Shown here: positions 47,129-59,601 of the stretch, in pieces | Layout of the letters: every line of letters starts with the position of its first letter | Numbering within the stretch: position 1 is the stretch's first letter | Position numbers and translations under genes: made by a program | Notes under the pieces: generated by a model | What the model saw: the letters and a program-made list of their open reading frames with translations, nothing else | The model's database searches: none | What the model was told of the DNA's origin: nothing | Assembly: GCA_014905635.1 (NCBI GenBank) | Contig: JABVCE010000003.1 | Location: 372,001-436,000 of the forward strand | Reading direction: 5' to 3' | Source: Scenedesmus sp. PABB004 | Taxonomy: Eukaryota | DNA: 64,000 nt

Positions 47129-47646
47129 GCAACGGGGCGCGCCGGCGGACTGGCCTGGACCCGGGTGCCGAGCCGATCGGTGTGGGCCGGCCGCTGCCGG
47201 CGCGCGCGGCCAGCGCCGAGGCCGCAGCAGCGGGCGGCACACTGGACCGCCGCCGCCCGTTCGGCTGCCGCCGCTGCTCGCCAGCGGTGGACGTGCATGA
47301 CCGGCGCGGCGCCCCGGCACCGTCATCGCATCAGCGCCCGCCCTCGAGCCCGCCCGCCGGCGCCCGCCTGCAATCAACACCACGGACACGCGCGCGCAGG
47401 CGCGTGGCCGGCCCGCCCTCGTCCTGCGCTCGGCCGAAGCGATCGCGACCGCACGCCCAGGCGCCCGGGCGCCGGGCCTGCCCCGCTCGCCGCGGCCTCT
47501 CGCGGCGCCGGCCGTGCTGCTGCCGGCCGTGCTGCTGCTCGCGCGCGCCGGAGCGCACCCGAGCCCCCGCGGGCCGGCCGCCGGCGCGGCCCGGAGGCTG
47601 ATGGCGCGCGGCCTGGCTAGAGCCGGCATCTGAGCGGCGCACGGCG

Positions 47647-50600
47647 ATGGCGGGGCCGAAGGCCCGGAAGGGCAAGGGCGGCGGCGCTGCTGCTGTCGGC
47701 CAGCGCCCGCTCGACGACGCCGCGCCCGGGCGCGCGCTCGACGACGCCGCGCTCGTGCGCGCGCGCAAGGCCCTCGCCGCCAACGCCAAGGACCCGCTGG
47801 CGCTGATCAAGGACCTGACGCAGGCGAGCAAGTTCAGCGACCGCCTCGTCGCGGCGCGCCTGGTGCGCGACCAGCGCGCCGCGGCGGAGCAGGCCGCCGC
47901 CGACCCCAAGGCCAAGAAGGACACGCACACCAAGCCGGTCGACTGGAACAAGCTCGCGGCGGCCGTGCTCGACCAGCTCAAGCCCGGCTGTGAGTGCGCG
48001 CTGCCCGGCGACGACCGCGCCTCGGCGAGCCTCGTCGCCGCCAAGGCCGTCATCTGGGCGGGCAAGCTGAAGGCCGAGCTCGGCGACGCCCAGCTCGGCG
48101 CTGACGCGGTCGCGCAGCTCGCGGCGGACGCCGCCGACTTCCTGGACTTTGTCGAGCCGCGCCTGCGCGCGCGCAGCGAGCCGGACGGTGACTGGGCGGC
48201 GGCGTGGCTCGACCCGCGCGGCGAGCTGCTGGACGACGGCAAGGCCGACATGCCGCCTGAGCTGCTGCTGGACGAGCAGCTGCAAGCCATGGCCGTCGCG
48301 TACGCGACCGTGGCGCTGGCGCTGGTCAAGCCGGGGCGCGACCACCCGGCGCTCGCCGCCGTGATGGACGGCCGCGCCCCATACTCGGCCTACAGCACTG
48401 CGCCCTGGTTCAAGGAGGTCAAGGTGCGCCGCGGCCGCGGCGCAGCGCGGCCCAGAGCGGGCAGGGCACGGTGCGCGGCGCGGTGCGCGCCCGCGCCGGC
48501 GGCGCCGCTGACGCGCCGCCGGCCCGCCGCCGCAGCCCGCCATGGCGAAGCACGCCGAGGCCAAGAAGGAGCACGAGGAGGCCAAGGAGAAGCACAAGCG
48601 CAACGAGGCGATCAAGGCCGCCGAGGCGCGCATGGCCACCGAGGCGCGCAAGGCCGCCAAGGCGGCGCTCAAGGCAGACGGCGGCGGCGGCGGCGGCCGC
48701 GCGGCGCGCTCAGAGCGCGGCGCGCGCGGCGGCGCCAAGGAGGCTGAGGACCAGCAGGCGCGGCGGCCCGAGGTGATTGAGCCGGTGAAGCGCGGCGCGG
48801 GCAAGCACCAGGCGGCGGTGGACGCCGCAGGCAGCAGCGAGCTCAGCGACGTGCGCGACGCGGAGCGGCGGCTGCAGGACGAGGCGGCCAAGGTGGGGCG
48901 CCGCGGCGGCAGCGCCGGCAGCGGCGCCAGGGAGGGAGGGCGGGCGGGGGCGGTGGGCGCGCGCGCCGCGCGGGCTCGGCGGCGGGCCCCGCTGCGGGCG
49001 CAGCCACAGCGGTCGCGGCCGCAGCTGGCGGCCGCCTCCTGCTGCTCCCGCGCACGGCAGCCGCGCCGTCGCCGACCCGCCGCCGGGCCGCCGCCGCCCG
49101 CCCGCCGCTGCGGCCCGCCAGGTGGCCGAGTTCCTGTCGCAGCGCTGCCTCAAGCCCGGCGCGAGCCGCGAGGCGCACCTGTCCGCGCTGCGCGAGCGCA
49201 CCACGCTGAGCGCGGCGCAGCTGCTGCACGCCGCCGAGGCCACGGCCAAGGAGGACTCGGCGCTCGCGCGGGTCATCAAGGAGCAGCTGGGCGACGTGAG
49301 CGCGCCGCGCCGCGCCGCGCCGCGCCGCGAGGCCGCGCCGCGACGCCGCGCCGTGCGCGCCGCGGCCTGAGCGGCGCGGCCGCGCCCTGCGCGCCGCGGC
49401 CGCGCGCTGCTGCTCACGCCGCGCTGCCGGTGCGGGTGCTGGCGCCGCAGGTCAAGACCGAGAAGCAGCTGGTGGAGCGCCTGCGGGCGGAGCTCGGCGC
49501 GCCGGGCGCCTGGCAGCAGTACCTGGACGCCGCGGCCCCGCCCGGCCACCCGCGCGTGCTCGCCAGCCCCGAGGCGTTTGGGGAGCACGTGACGCGCACC
49601 TACGTGGTGCGGCGGGCGCCCCCGCCCGCGGCGCGCGGCGGCGCCGCGCGCGCGAGCGAGCCGGCGGCGCCAGGCACACCCGCCAGCTGAGCCCTCCCTC
49701 CCCTCCCCCTCCCCCTCCCCCTCCCGCTCCCTCGCAGGACACCGCCTTTGCGGGCTGGGAGCTCCCGGCCTCCGCCTCGCAGCCGCAGGCGCTGTTCGAG
49801 CTGCAGCGCCTGGAAGTGCCGGACGGCGGCGAGGGGCTGCGCCTCGGCGCCGTGGAGGAGGGCAGCGCCTGGCTGGAGGCGTTTGGCGAGGTGCGCGGGG
49901 CCGGGCAGCGGCGCACACGCCGCCGCCCGCTTGCGGCGCGGTGCGGCGCGACAGCAGCCGTCGCTGCCCGCCGCCGCAGGACTGCCCGCTGGAGGCATAC
50001 CTGGACGCCACGTGGGACCTGCCGCTGTCCGGTGAGGCGACGCGCCGGCCAGCAAGTGCGCCAGGGCGGCCCGCCAGCGCGCCGTGAGCGCGCGCACGCG
50101 CCGCGCTGAGCGCCGCCACGCCCTGCCGCCGTGCAGACCGGTTTGAGACCAGTCCCACATACACCGGCCGCGCGGACGTGGCGATCGGCTTTGCGCTGCT
50201 GCAGGCGCAGCGCGGCGCACTGCCGGTGGGCCTGCGCGCGCTGTCGCGCGCCCCGGCGTGGGCGGTGCTGGCGCACCACACGCTCAAGATGGCGCCGGCG
50301 ACGCTGTTCAGCGACATCCAGGCAACGCCGAGGGACTGGCTGCTGTGGAACTTCTGGGCCAGCGAGCCGGTGGGTGGTCCCACGACTTCTGGGCCAGCGC
50401 CCGCTCGCGCCTTGGCAGCGTGCCGCGCCTTGCGTGTGCCGCACAAGGGCGCGTGCCGCGCCGCGCCCGACCGCCCCGCGCCTGCCGCGCGCGCGCTGCT
50501 GACAGGCGTCCAGGGAGGAGGAGGCGCGCATGCTGAACCCCAGCGCCGCGACGCCCGCCGACGGCGCGGCCGACGGCGGCGCGGCCGGCGGCGGTGGCGC

Positions 50601-53600
50601 CGCCGCGCGGGCGAGCGACGGCCTGGCGGAGGACAACGCCACGATGCTGCGCATGCTCGCGTGCGACGGGCTGCTGCAGGGCGCGCTGCTGGTGGCGGTG
50701 CAGGCGTTCCTGGCGCGCGCGGTCGGCGCCGGGCTGCCGCTTGAGCGCAGCGCCGCGGGGGGCCACAGCTCGGCGAGGGCGCACAGGAGCTGCTGGGGCG
50801 GCTGGAGGAGGAGAAGCAGCTGTCGCTGCGCAGGTTCCTGCTGCTGGTGCGTGGCCGCGGGCCGGGGCCGGGCGCAGCGCCTGCCTGCCGCGCCCGCGCC
50901 CGCGCGCGCAGCGGCGCCTCCGCCGCCGACGCGCGCTCGCCGCCGCGCGGGCGGCGCCGCGCAGGTGCTGCGGGCCCTCGTGGGCGGCGTCTCCGCCTAT
51001 CATCGCTTCCTGCTGGCGCTGCGCGACGAGGAGGAGCGCGACGAGCAGGTGGCGCTGGAGCTGGGCGCCAAGGGCGACACGGTGGCGCTGGCGCCGGGCT
51101 TCTACGAGCAGGCGCGGCGCGCCGCGCGCACGCGGCGCGCCGCTGCAGCGCCGTGCCGCCGCGCCGCCGCCGACCGCGCCGCCGCCGGCCACGCCGCCGC
51201 CGACCGCGCCGCCGCCGGCCATGCCGCCGCGCCGCCGCGCCGCCGCCGACCGCGCCGCCGCCCCGCAGGCGTGCCTGGCAGCGGCCGTGCCGCGGGAGGA
51301 GTCGGAGGTTTGCTGCAAGAAGCACCACGCGGCGCGGGTGCAGGCTGAGGCGGAGGGCCGGCCCTTCAGCAAGTTCAGCCCCGACCTGGCGCCCAGCGAG
51401 GTGCTCTGCGAGCTCACCGCCGCCGGCGTGCTGTGCATCGACGTCGAGCAGGTGCCCCCTGAGCGGGCCCGCGCCGCGGCTTCGAGCGCGAGCCGCCGCG
51501 CGCACGGCGCGCTCCGAGCCGCGCGCCGCCGCCGCCGCGCAGGAGGACGCAAGCCTGGTGCGGCGCTACCTGCTGCAGCCGCCGGCGCAGCTGGCCGAGG
51601 CGCAGGGCCCCGAGGTCGGCAGCAGGGAGGGCCTGGCAGCGCTCGTGCGCGAGCTCTTTGGTGCCAGCAAGGTATGTGCGGCCCGCTGCCGGCTGCCGGC
51701 GCTGGGGCGCGCCTGGGCTGCTGCACGCCGGCCCCGCCGGCGCCGCGCTCAGCGCCACGCTCAGCGCCGCGCTCAGCGCTGCTGCTCCGCCGCCCGCCCG
51801 CCGCGCCCCACCCGGCGCAGCACGAGGCGTTCAAGCGGGCGGGCCTGTCGCTGCCTGCCGAGGAGGAGCCCGTTGAGGGCAAGCGCGGCACGTGGGAGAA
51901 GCTGCGGGCAGACCTCATGGCCGCCGCGCTGCTGGTCGAGCACGCGCGCGAGCTGGCGGGCTTCATCGCAGAGTGCGAGCGCTGGCTGGGCTTGCCTGGC
52001 GTGAGCCTGGAGCGGCACGAGCGGCACGAGGTCCAGGGCGCAATGAGAGGTGAGCACGCCGCTGCCGCCGCCGTGGCGGCAGTGCCGCGCGCGGCGCCGC
52101 CCCGTCGCGGCGCCGTCGTCGACGCGCCCCGCCGCGCCGCCGCGCGCCTCCGCGCTTGGCAGTGCTGTTGCAGCTCCGCGTGGCCGGGCGCACCAGCGCG
52201 CTAGAGCTCCTGCAGCAGCTGTTCAAGCGCGATGCCGCGGCGCTGCGCGCGGCCAGCGAGGCGGCGGACAAGGCGGAGAAGGCGCTGGCCGACGGCGAGG
52301 CCAAGCCCGCCAGCAAGGGCAAGGACAAGGACAAGGACGCCAAGGAGGGCAAGCTGCAGCGCATCGCCGAGCGCAAGGCCAACGTGCGCACGGGCTGCGG
52401 GACGGGCACGCGCCGCTGCGCTCTGGCGCCGCTGCACACGGCACACGATCACGCGCCGCCCGCGCCGCCCGCCTGCGCGCAGCTCGAGCGGCAGCTGGAG
52501 GAGGTCGAGGCCCAGCTCAGTGCCATGGCCAACGAGCTGGCGGAGCTCGGCGCCCAGGCGGACAGCTACGCCGACCTCGTCACCGCCACGCAGGCCTCCA
52601 AGACCGGCAAGGTCGACCCCATGCAGCAGGTGCGGCGCCGGCGCAGCGCCCGCCGCGACCGCCGCCACGCCCGCCGACGCCCGCGGCGCCCGCCCGCGCA
52701 GATGCTGACGCTGATGTGCGGCGCGCTGCTGGCGCCGGCGGAGGGCACGCGCGAGGCGCTGACGGCGCAGCTGCGCGACACGGTATCGCTGTCGCGGCGC
52801 TCGCTGTTTGAGCTGGAGGTGGCCGCGCTGCACGCGTGCACGCGCGCGCGCGCGCGCATGCTCGATGCGATGTGGGCGCACCGCCACCCGGCGGCGCTGC
52901 TCCAGCTCGGCGCCGCGGCACTGCAGCACAGCCTGCGCGAGGGCGTGAGCAAGAGCGCAGGTGGGCGCCGCGCGGCGCGCCCGCGCGCGGCGACGCCGGC
53001 CAGCGCCGCGCCGCCGCGCCTGCGGCCGCCGCCGACGTGCCGCCGCGGCCGCCGCCGCCGCGGCCGCCGCCGCCGCCGCAGAGGAGGAGCTGCTGGCGCT
53101 GGTCGCGAGCGAGCCGGCGCCGGAGCCGGCCGGCGGCGGCAAGGGCGCGGCCAAGAAGAAAAAGAAGAAGGGCGGCGGCGCTAAGCCCGCGGCCAGGAGC
53201 GCACGCACGGCCACGGCCGACTCGGACGCCGAGGAGGAGGAGGACGACGACGGCGACGCCGGCGTCCGCGCCGGCAGCGGCGGCGGCGGCGCGGGCGCCG
53301 CCGAGCCGGCGCCGGCTGGGGAGGCGGCGCCCGAGAGCGGCGTCCCGCAGGTCGACATGAGCAAGCTGGAGTGGTCCGTCGCGGGGCAGGAGCGCGCCGA
53401 GCCCAGGCACGCGCCCGGCGCGGCGCGGCCGGGGCGGCCCGGCAGCGGCGCCGAGCCGCCCGCGGCGCGCGCGGGCCCCGACGGAGCGCCGCCGGGCGGC
53501 GGCCGCGCCGGCAGCAGCAGCGTCGGCGGCGGCAGCAGCAGCGGCGGCGGCGGCGGCGCGGAGCGCGCGGCGGCGCCGGGCGCGCGCGACGCGGAGCGCA

Positions 53601-56600
53601 CCTACGTGTACGGCCTCCGCCAGCAGGGCTGGGTGTGCACCAAGTGCGGCGAGGTGGGGCACCAGCCGCGCAACTGCCCTGTGCCGGCGTGCGGCAAGTG
53701 CGGCGCGGTCGGCCACGTCGCGGCCGAGTGCGCGGACGCGTGCCGCAAGTGCGCGCGTGTGCACAGAGGCGCCTGCGCCAAGATGTGCAACGCCTGCGGC
53801 CGGCGGGGGCACGTCTCGCGGGACTGCCCCGACGTGCCCTGCACCGCGTGCGGCGGCTTCGGGCACGTCTCGCCCGACTGCCGCGCGTGCAGCAACTGCA
53901 AGCTGCACCACGCCGTGGGGCAGTGCCCCGGCTTCTGCGGGCGCTGCAACGAGGCGGGGCACGACAGCGCCGAGTGCCCCCGCGGCGCGGCGGCGCCGCA
54001 GGCGGCGCGCGCCGGCACTGGCGCCGGCGCCACGGCCGCGCCGCGGCCGGCCGGGCGCCCCGCGGGCCGCGCGGCGCCGCCGCGGCCCGAGGCCGTGCGG
54101 CTGGAGCCGCCGAGCGACGCGACGGAGCAGCGGGGCAACGACCTCGTGTCGGCGCTGATGGGCCGCGGCGACGCGGCGAACGCCTTCGCGATGGCGCTGT
54201 TCGGCGACCCGGCGCAGCTGGGGCTGCTGGCGCGCGTGCCGCAGCAGGACCTGGACGCGATCCTGGCGCAGCCCCACCCCGAGCAGCTGCTCGGCGAGGT
54301 GTGGGCGCGGCACCGTGGCGCCGCCGCCGCGGCGGCGCCCGAGGCGGGCGGCAGCGCCGGCGGGCAGCCCGCGGCGGCGGCGCAGCGGCGCACGCCCAGG
54401 GGCGCGCGCGACCGCGCGCCGCCGCCGGGCCAGCAGGGCGAGGCCGCGGCGGCGGCGCACGACCGCGAGCGCCGCGTGCCGCAGCCCGCGCCCGTGGCGG
54501 TGAGCATCCGCGAAGCGCACGTGCGCGACGCGGGCGGCCACCACCAGCCCGCGTCAGGCGGGGCGCCGGCGGCGGCGCCCGACGGCCCCGGCCACGGCGG
54601 CGCGCCGTCGCAGCCCGCGCCGGGCGCGGCGCCCGGGTGGGGCGCGCCGGCGCCGCACCTCGCCCCCGACCTCGCGGGCCCGGCGGAGCCGTGGATGCTG
54701 TGGTGCCGGCCGGGCGTGGAGCACGTGGTCCGGCAGCTCGCCACGCTGGCGCCGGACGTGCACGCGCAGGTGCTGGCGGGAGTCCGCACCGCGGCTAGCG
54801 ACGAGGAGCTCGTGCCGGCGCTGGAGCAGACGACGCGCAGCGTGCTGAAGGTGGCGCTGGCGTCCCAGCAGGAGGGCGCCCTGACGCCGGCGCAGGACTT
54901 CTTCCTGTGGCTGGCCGAGCTGATCGAGGCGGCAAAGCGCCAGGGCTACACGCCGCCGCGCCTCGCGCCGGCGCCCGCGGCGGGGCCGCCGACCGCGGCG
55001 CACGCGGCGTCGCCCGGCTACGGCGCGCTGCCGCCGCACCTGCAGGCGCGGCCGGCCGGCGCGGCGCCGGCGCCGCAGGCGTCGCCCGGCGCGGGCGGCG
55101 GCAGCTCCGACTCGGACGACGACGCGCTCATGCACACGCTCGTCGGCGGCGACGCGCCCGGCGCGGGCGGCGCGCCCGGCATGGCGCCCGCGGCGCGCGC
55201 GGGCTCGTGGGCGCCCGCCGGCAACGGCGGCGGCGCCGGCGGCGCCGCCGCGCTCGGCGCCGCCGACTTCCCCGCGCTCGGCGAGGAGCCGGGCGTGCTG
55301 CGCGTCGGCGCGGCGGGGCTGGCCAACGCGACGGGCGAGTACAACTGCTTCCTCAACACCGTGGTGCAGTGCCTCTGGAGCTGCCGCGACTTCCGGGCGC
55401 AGGTCTTTGACATGCCGCCGCACCAGAGCGAGCACCCCGTCGTCGACGCGCTCATGCGGCTCTTCATCAGCATGCGCCGCGCCGAGGCAGCCAACGCGCC
55501 GAGCGCGAGCAGGCGCGGCCGCGCGGCGCGCGGCGCAGGCCGCGCGCGCGCGGCGGGCGCGGCGGCGGGGGCGCGCGCGGCGCCCCGGGACGCGGCGCCG
55601 CGCTGCACGTGGGCTGACGCGCCGCGCCGCGCCGCGCCGCGCTGCACGCCCGGCGCTGCGCAGGGCGGTCGTCAACCCCACGGCGCTGCGCGAGGCGCTC
55701 GCGGCGGCGACGCACTTCAAGGCGGCCGAGATGAACGACGCGAACGAGCTGCTCGACACGCTCTACGAGTGCTTCCGGCAGAGCCAGGCCGCGGGCGGCG
55801 TGCCCGGCAGCCGCGGCATCCTCGTCGACGGCGTGTTTGGCCTGCAGCTCAACGAGGCCATCGTCTGCACGCGCCCCGAGTGCGGCAAGGTCACGCACAA
55901 GATCCCCAGGCGCGCCGCGCGGCGCGCCGCGGCCCGGCGCGGGCCCGCCGACGCCCGCCGACGCCGCGCGCCTCGCCGCCGACGCCCGCCGCCCGCACCG
56001 CCCGCACGCCGCGCGCCGCCGCGGCGCAGCCACTGGGAGCACATGCTGGTGGTCAACACCACGGCGCTCGGGCTCGCGAGCTTCAGCTGCGACAACCCGC
56101 AGAACATGGGCGCCCTGCTGCGCGTGCTGTTTGACCAGGAGCAGAAGATGTGCGACAAGGACGAGGGCGGATGCGGCACGCCATACGTACGGCGCGCGCG
56201 GCGCGCGCGCGCGGCCGCGGCGGCGCGCCAGCACGCCCGCGCGGCGCGGCTCACGTGCCCCCCGCCCCGCCGCGCCGCGCCGCGCCTCGCCGCGCAGCCG
56301 GTGCACCGCCAGCTGCAGCAGCCGCCGAGCGTGCTCACGCTGCAGCTCGTGTGGAACCAGGACGCGAGCGGCGAGGAGATCGGGACGGCGCTGGGGCTGG
56401 TGCAGGAGCGGCTGGACATCACGAGCATGTACGAGCGCGGCTGCCTGACCGCGGCGACCACGTTTGAGCTGTCCAGCGCCGTCGCGTACTACGGCCAGCA
56501 CTACATGGCCTTCGTGCACAGCCCCAAGCTCGGGCAGTGGCTGCTCTTCGACGACGCGAGCGTGAGCGCGATCGGGAGCTGGCGGGACGTCGTCAAGAAG

Positions 56601-57488
56601 TGCGTGAGCGGCAGGATCCAGCCCAGCGTGCTCTTCTACCAGACGCTCGACCTGCAGGCCCTGGCCGACGACGCGCCGGCGCCGAGCTGGGGCGCGGCGG
56701 CGCACGCGCGCCACCCCGGCGCCGCGGCGCCGCCGGCGCAGCAGCCGCAGCAGCACCTGCCGCCGCCGCCCGGCGGCGCGGGCGCCGCGCCCTGGGGCGC
56801 CGCCGACGGGCCGCACGGCGGCCCGCCGCCGCAGCCGGCGCAGCACCTGCAGGCGGCGCCGCAGTTTGAGCAGCAGCCGGCGCCGGCCTACCAGCAGCAG
56901 CCGCAGGCGTACGTGCAGCCGCATCCGGCGTACGGCCAGCCGGTGCCGGGGTATGAGCAGCAGCCGGGCTACCACCAGCACCACCAGCAGCACCCGGCGT
57001 ACCACCAGCCGCCGCAGGCGTACGAGCAGCCGCCGCAGCAGCAGCGAGGGCCGCCGCATGGGGGCGGCTGGCCCGGTGCGGGCGGCCACGGCGCGCAGCC
57101 GTACGGCGCGCCGCAGCCCCAGCGCGCGGGCAGCGGCCCGCCCGGTGCCGCGGCGCCGTCGCCACGCAAGGCCGGCGACGGGCCGCCCAAGGTCTCCATC
57201 GTCGAGTCGACCCGCGCAGCGGCGGCCGCCAACGCGGCCGCCGAGGCAGCCGGCGCTGGCGCGCCGCCCACGCCCGCCAGCAGCGCCAGCGGCGGCGGTC
57301 GCGGCAGCGGCGGCGGAGGCGGAGGCGGCGGCGGAGGCGGAGGCTGCGGCGGCCGGGGCGCGTCGTCCAGGTCTGCCGGCGGCCCGCGCCCCGCAAGCAG
57401 CGGGCGCGGCGGCACCGGCCCGGGCGCGGCTGGCAGGAGCATCGAGCCTGGCTACGGCCGCGCGCGCGGCCGCGGCGGCCGCAGCTGA
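47647..57488 (+). CDS. Very large multidomain protein (about 17 exons): helical/coiled N-terminal half, CCHC zinc-knuckle array, USP53/54-like peptidase C19 domain, Q/P/Y-rich region and RG tail; apparent 1-nt frameshift at 50757-50762
   Basis: Cys box GLANATGEYNCFLNTVVQCLW, MNDANELL, and His box YYGQHYMAF...WLLFDD..V..IGSW.DVV.KC..GRIQPSVLFY. Exons chain in phase from 47647 to TGA 57488 apart from the one indel. Confidence 0.8.
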
Positions 57489-57718
57489 TGTGGGGCCGAG
57501 GCGGCGCCGGGCGCCAGGCACGGGGCGCGGCGCGGGCGCGCAGGCGGGCAGTGCCGCCGCGCGGGCAGGGGGGGCGGCCGTGGGCGCTAGGGCCGCGGCC
57601 GCGGGGGCGGTGTGCAGGCGGCGCTGACAGCGGGGCCGGCGAGGGTGGGCGCTTTGACCGGCCTTTTCTTGCGCGCTGGTAATTGTGATTGTGATTGACA
57701 ACGGCCCAGCCGGCCAGC

Positions 57719-59031
57719 TCACTCGGCCGCGTCCGCACCCCCCGCCGCGGCCGCCGCCGCCGCCACCGGGCGCGCCTGATAGTCGCCGGGCTGCAAGCTT
57801 GCCACGTCGTCGGTCAAATAGTGTGCCCACTGGTCGACGATGGCGTCGCTGCCGTACCTGCACGGCGGCGCGCCCCGCGGTCAGCGTGTGGGCGCCGCGC
57901 GCGGCCAGGCCGCCGCACAAGCGGGCGGGCGCGCGCGCGCTGGCGCGGACGGGCGCACGCGCGGGCGGACGCACCAGGGGCCGAAGAACTTGAGCTTGGC
58001 CCCGAGCGGCGAGTGGAAGCAGCCGTCGATGTCGACGTTGATCGCGCCCGGCAGGTGCGCGGCGGGCAGGGGCACGATGAAGTCGCCCCACACCTCGGCG
58101 TCGCCGCACACCTGCGCGTAGCCCGCGCCCGCAAACTTGGCCAGCAGGCTGCCCTCGCCCCGCAGCTTCGCGCCCTTGACGAAGCGGCCGCCGATCGTGA
58201 CGTACTTGATCTGGGTTCAGGCGCGGGCGTGCGCGGGCCGGCGTGAGCGCGCGTGGGCCCGCGTGGGCCGTGCGCGAGCCGGCCGCGCCGGCTGCAGCCG
58301 CGAGCGCGCCCGCCGCCGCCCGCCGCGCCGCGCCGCGCCTCTGGGTGGTGCGCGCCGGGGCAGGCGTCCTGGACCCAGGTGAGGATGCCCCGCGTCTGGT
58401 CCACCACGCCCTCCGCGCCCGGCGGCGGCGGCGCGTGCGGGCTGCCGAGCGTGACGTAGCGGTCCACGCCCTCGATGCCTGGCCGCCGGCGGCGGCAGGG
58501 GCGCCAGCGGCGGCGGCGGCGGCGGGCGCGCGCGTCGAGGAGAGGGGCGCGCTGCGGGCGGGGGCGCGCCTGGGCCGCGGCGCGCGCCTCACCCACCCCC
58601 ACACCTCACCCCACCCACCCGCCCGCCCGCCCGCGCCCAGTCGCACCAAAGTCGAGCAGGAACACGCGCCCCAGCCACCCGCCGGCGCTGTGGCAGAGCA
58701 GCGTGATCGGCGCGCCGTCGACGTCGCGCTTGAGCTCGTCCAGCGCTGCCGCGACGCGCGTGAGGTACCAGTCGACGGCCGGCCGCGGCGAGAGCGTCCC
58801 CGCCCACCACGCGCGGTCGGTCAGCGCGGCGGCGTTGCGGCCCCAGTCGGCGCGGCCGACGCCGACGACGCGCGTCGTGAGCCCCCGCGCCGCGAGGTGC
58901 GCTGCGAGGCCGGCGTAGTCGGCGGCGCTGTTGCCCAGCCCCGGCAGCACGAGCACGCCGCGGCTCGGCGCGGCGCCGCCGTCGGCGCCAGCTGCTCCTG
59001 CAGCAGCGGCGGCGCCGCTGGTGGGGCGAGA

Positions 59032-59067
<36 letters not shown>

Positions 59068-59275
59068 TGAGGGCGGCGCCGCTGCAAGCGCCGAGCGCGC
59101 GGCCGGCAGCAGCGGCGCCCGACGCCAAACACCTGCGGCTCGGCGCGCGGCGCGACTGTGCGGCGCGGCAGCTGCAGGGCGCCAGGCGGGCCGCCGCGGG
59201 CGCCGCGGGCGTCGCCGCCGCGGGCGCTGCTTGGCGCTGCCGCAGCAGCGGCGCGTGGTGCGCTGGCAGCAGCAT
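57719..59275 (-). CDS. Alpha/beta hydrolase (PGAP1/lipase-like), probably plastid-targeted, 5 exons
   Basis: LVLPGLGN.A.DY, W.GTL.PRP.VDWYL, LLCHSAGGWLGRV (nucleophile Ser), VTLGSPH.PPP, DQTRG.L, GY.QVCG.A.VWGD..VP...AHL.GA and FHSPLG. Confidence 0.88.
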
Positions 59276-59601
59276 GGCGCGTGCTGGCCGGTGCTCGCTG
59301 TGCGCGCGTGGGTGGTGAGACAGTGACTCGAGCGTCGCTGCGTCAGGAGCTGTGCAGCGTTGCGCGTGGGGTTGTGCGGTTCGGCGCAAACGAACGCGGA
59401 CCAGGTTGCTCCCGCGCCGGCGCGCAGTGCCACACAGGGGGTTGCACGCGCCGGATACCGCCGACACGCACCACCGTGCGCCAGGCACACACACGGGCGC
59501 CGCCCGTGCGAGGCGCCAGCGCCGCCGCTCCGGGGCGCCGACAGGGCGCCACGCCGGGCAGCTCGCGGAGCGTCAATGAAGCGCGCTGATCCGTCTCTCT
59601 G

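Noticed and set aside
51160..51262. ~30-bp degenerate tandem repeat (gccgccgccgaccgcgccgccgccggccac)
   Set aside because: Low-complexity slippage inside an intron with no sign of function.
53625..53980. Zinc knuckles as a retrotransposon Gag
   Set aside because: No protease, reverse transcriptase, integrase or LTRs nearby; the array is in frame within a host exon leading to the USP Cys box.
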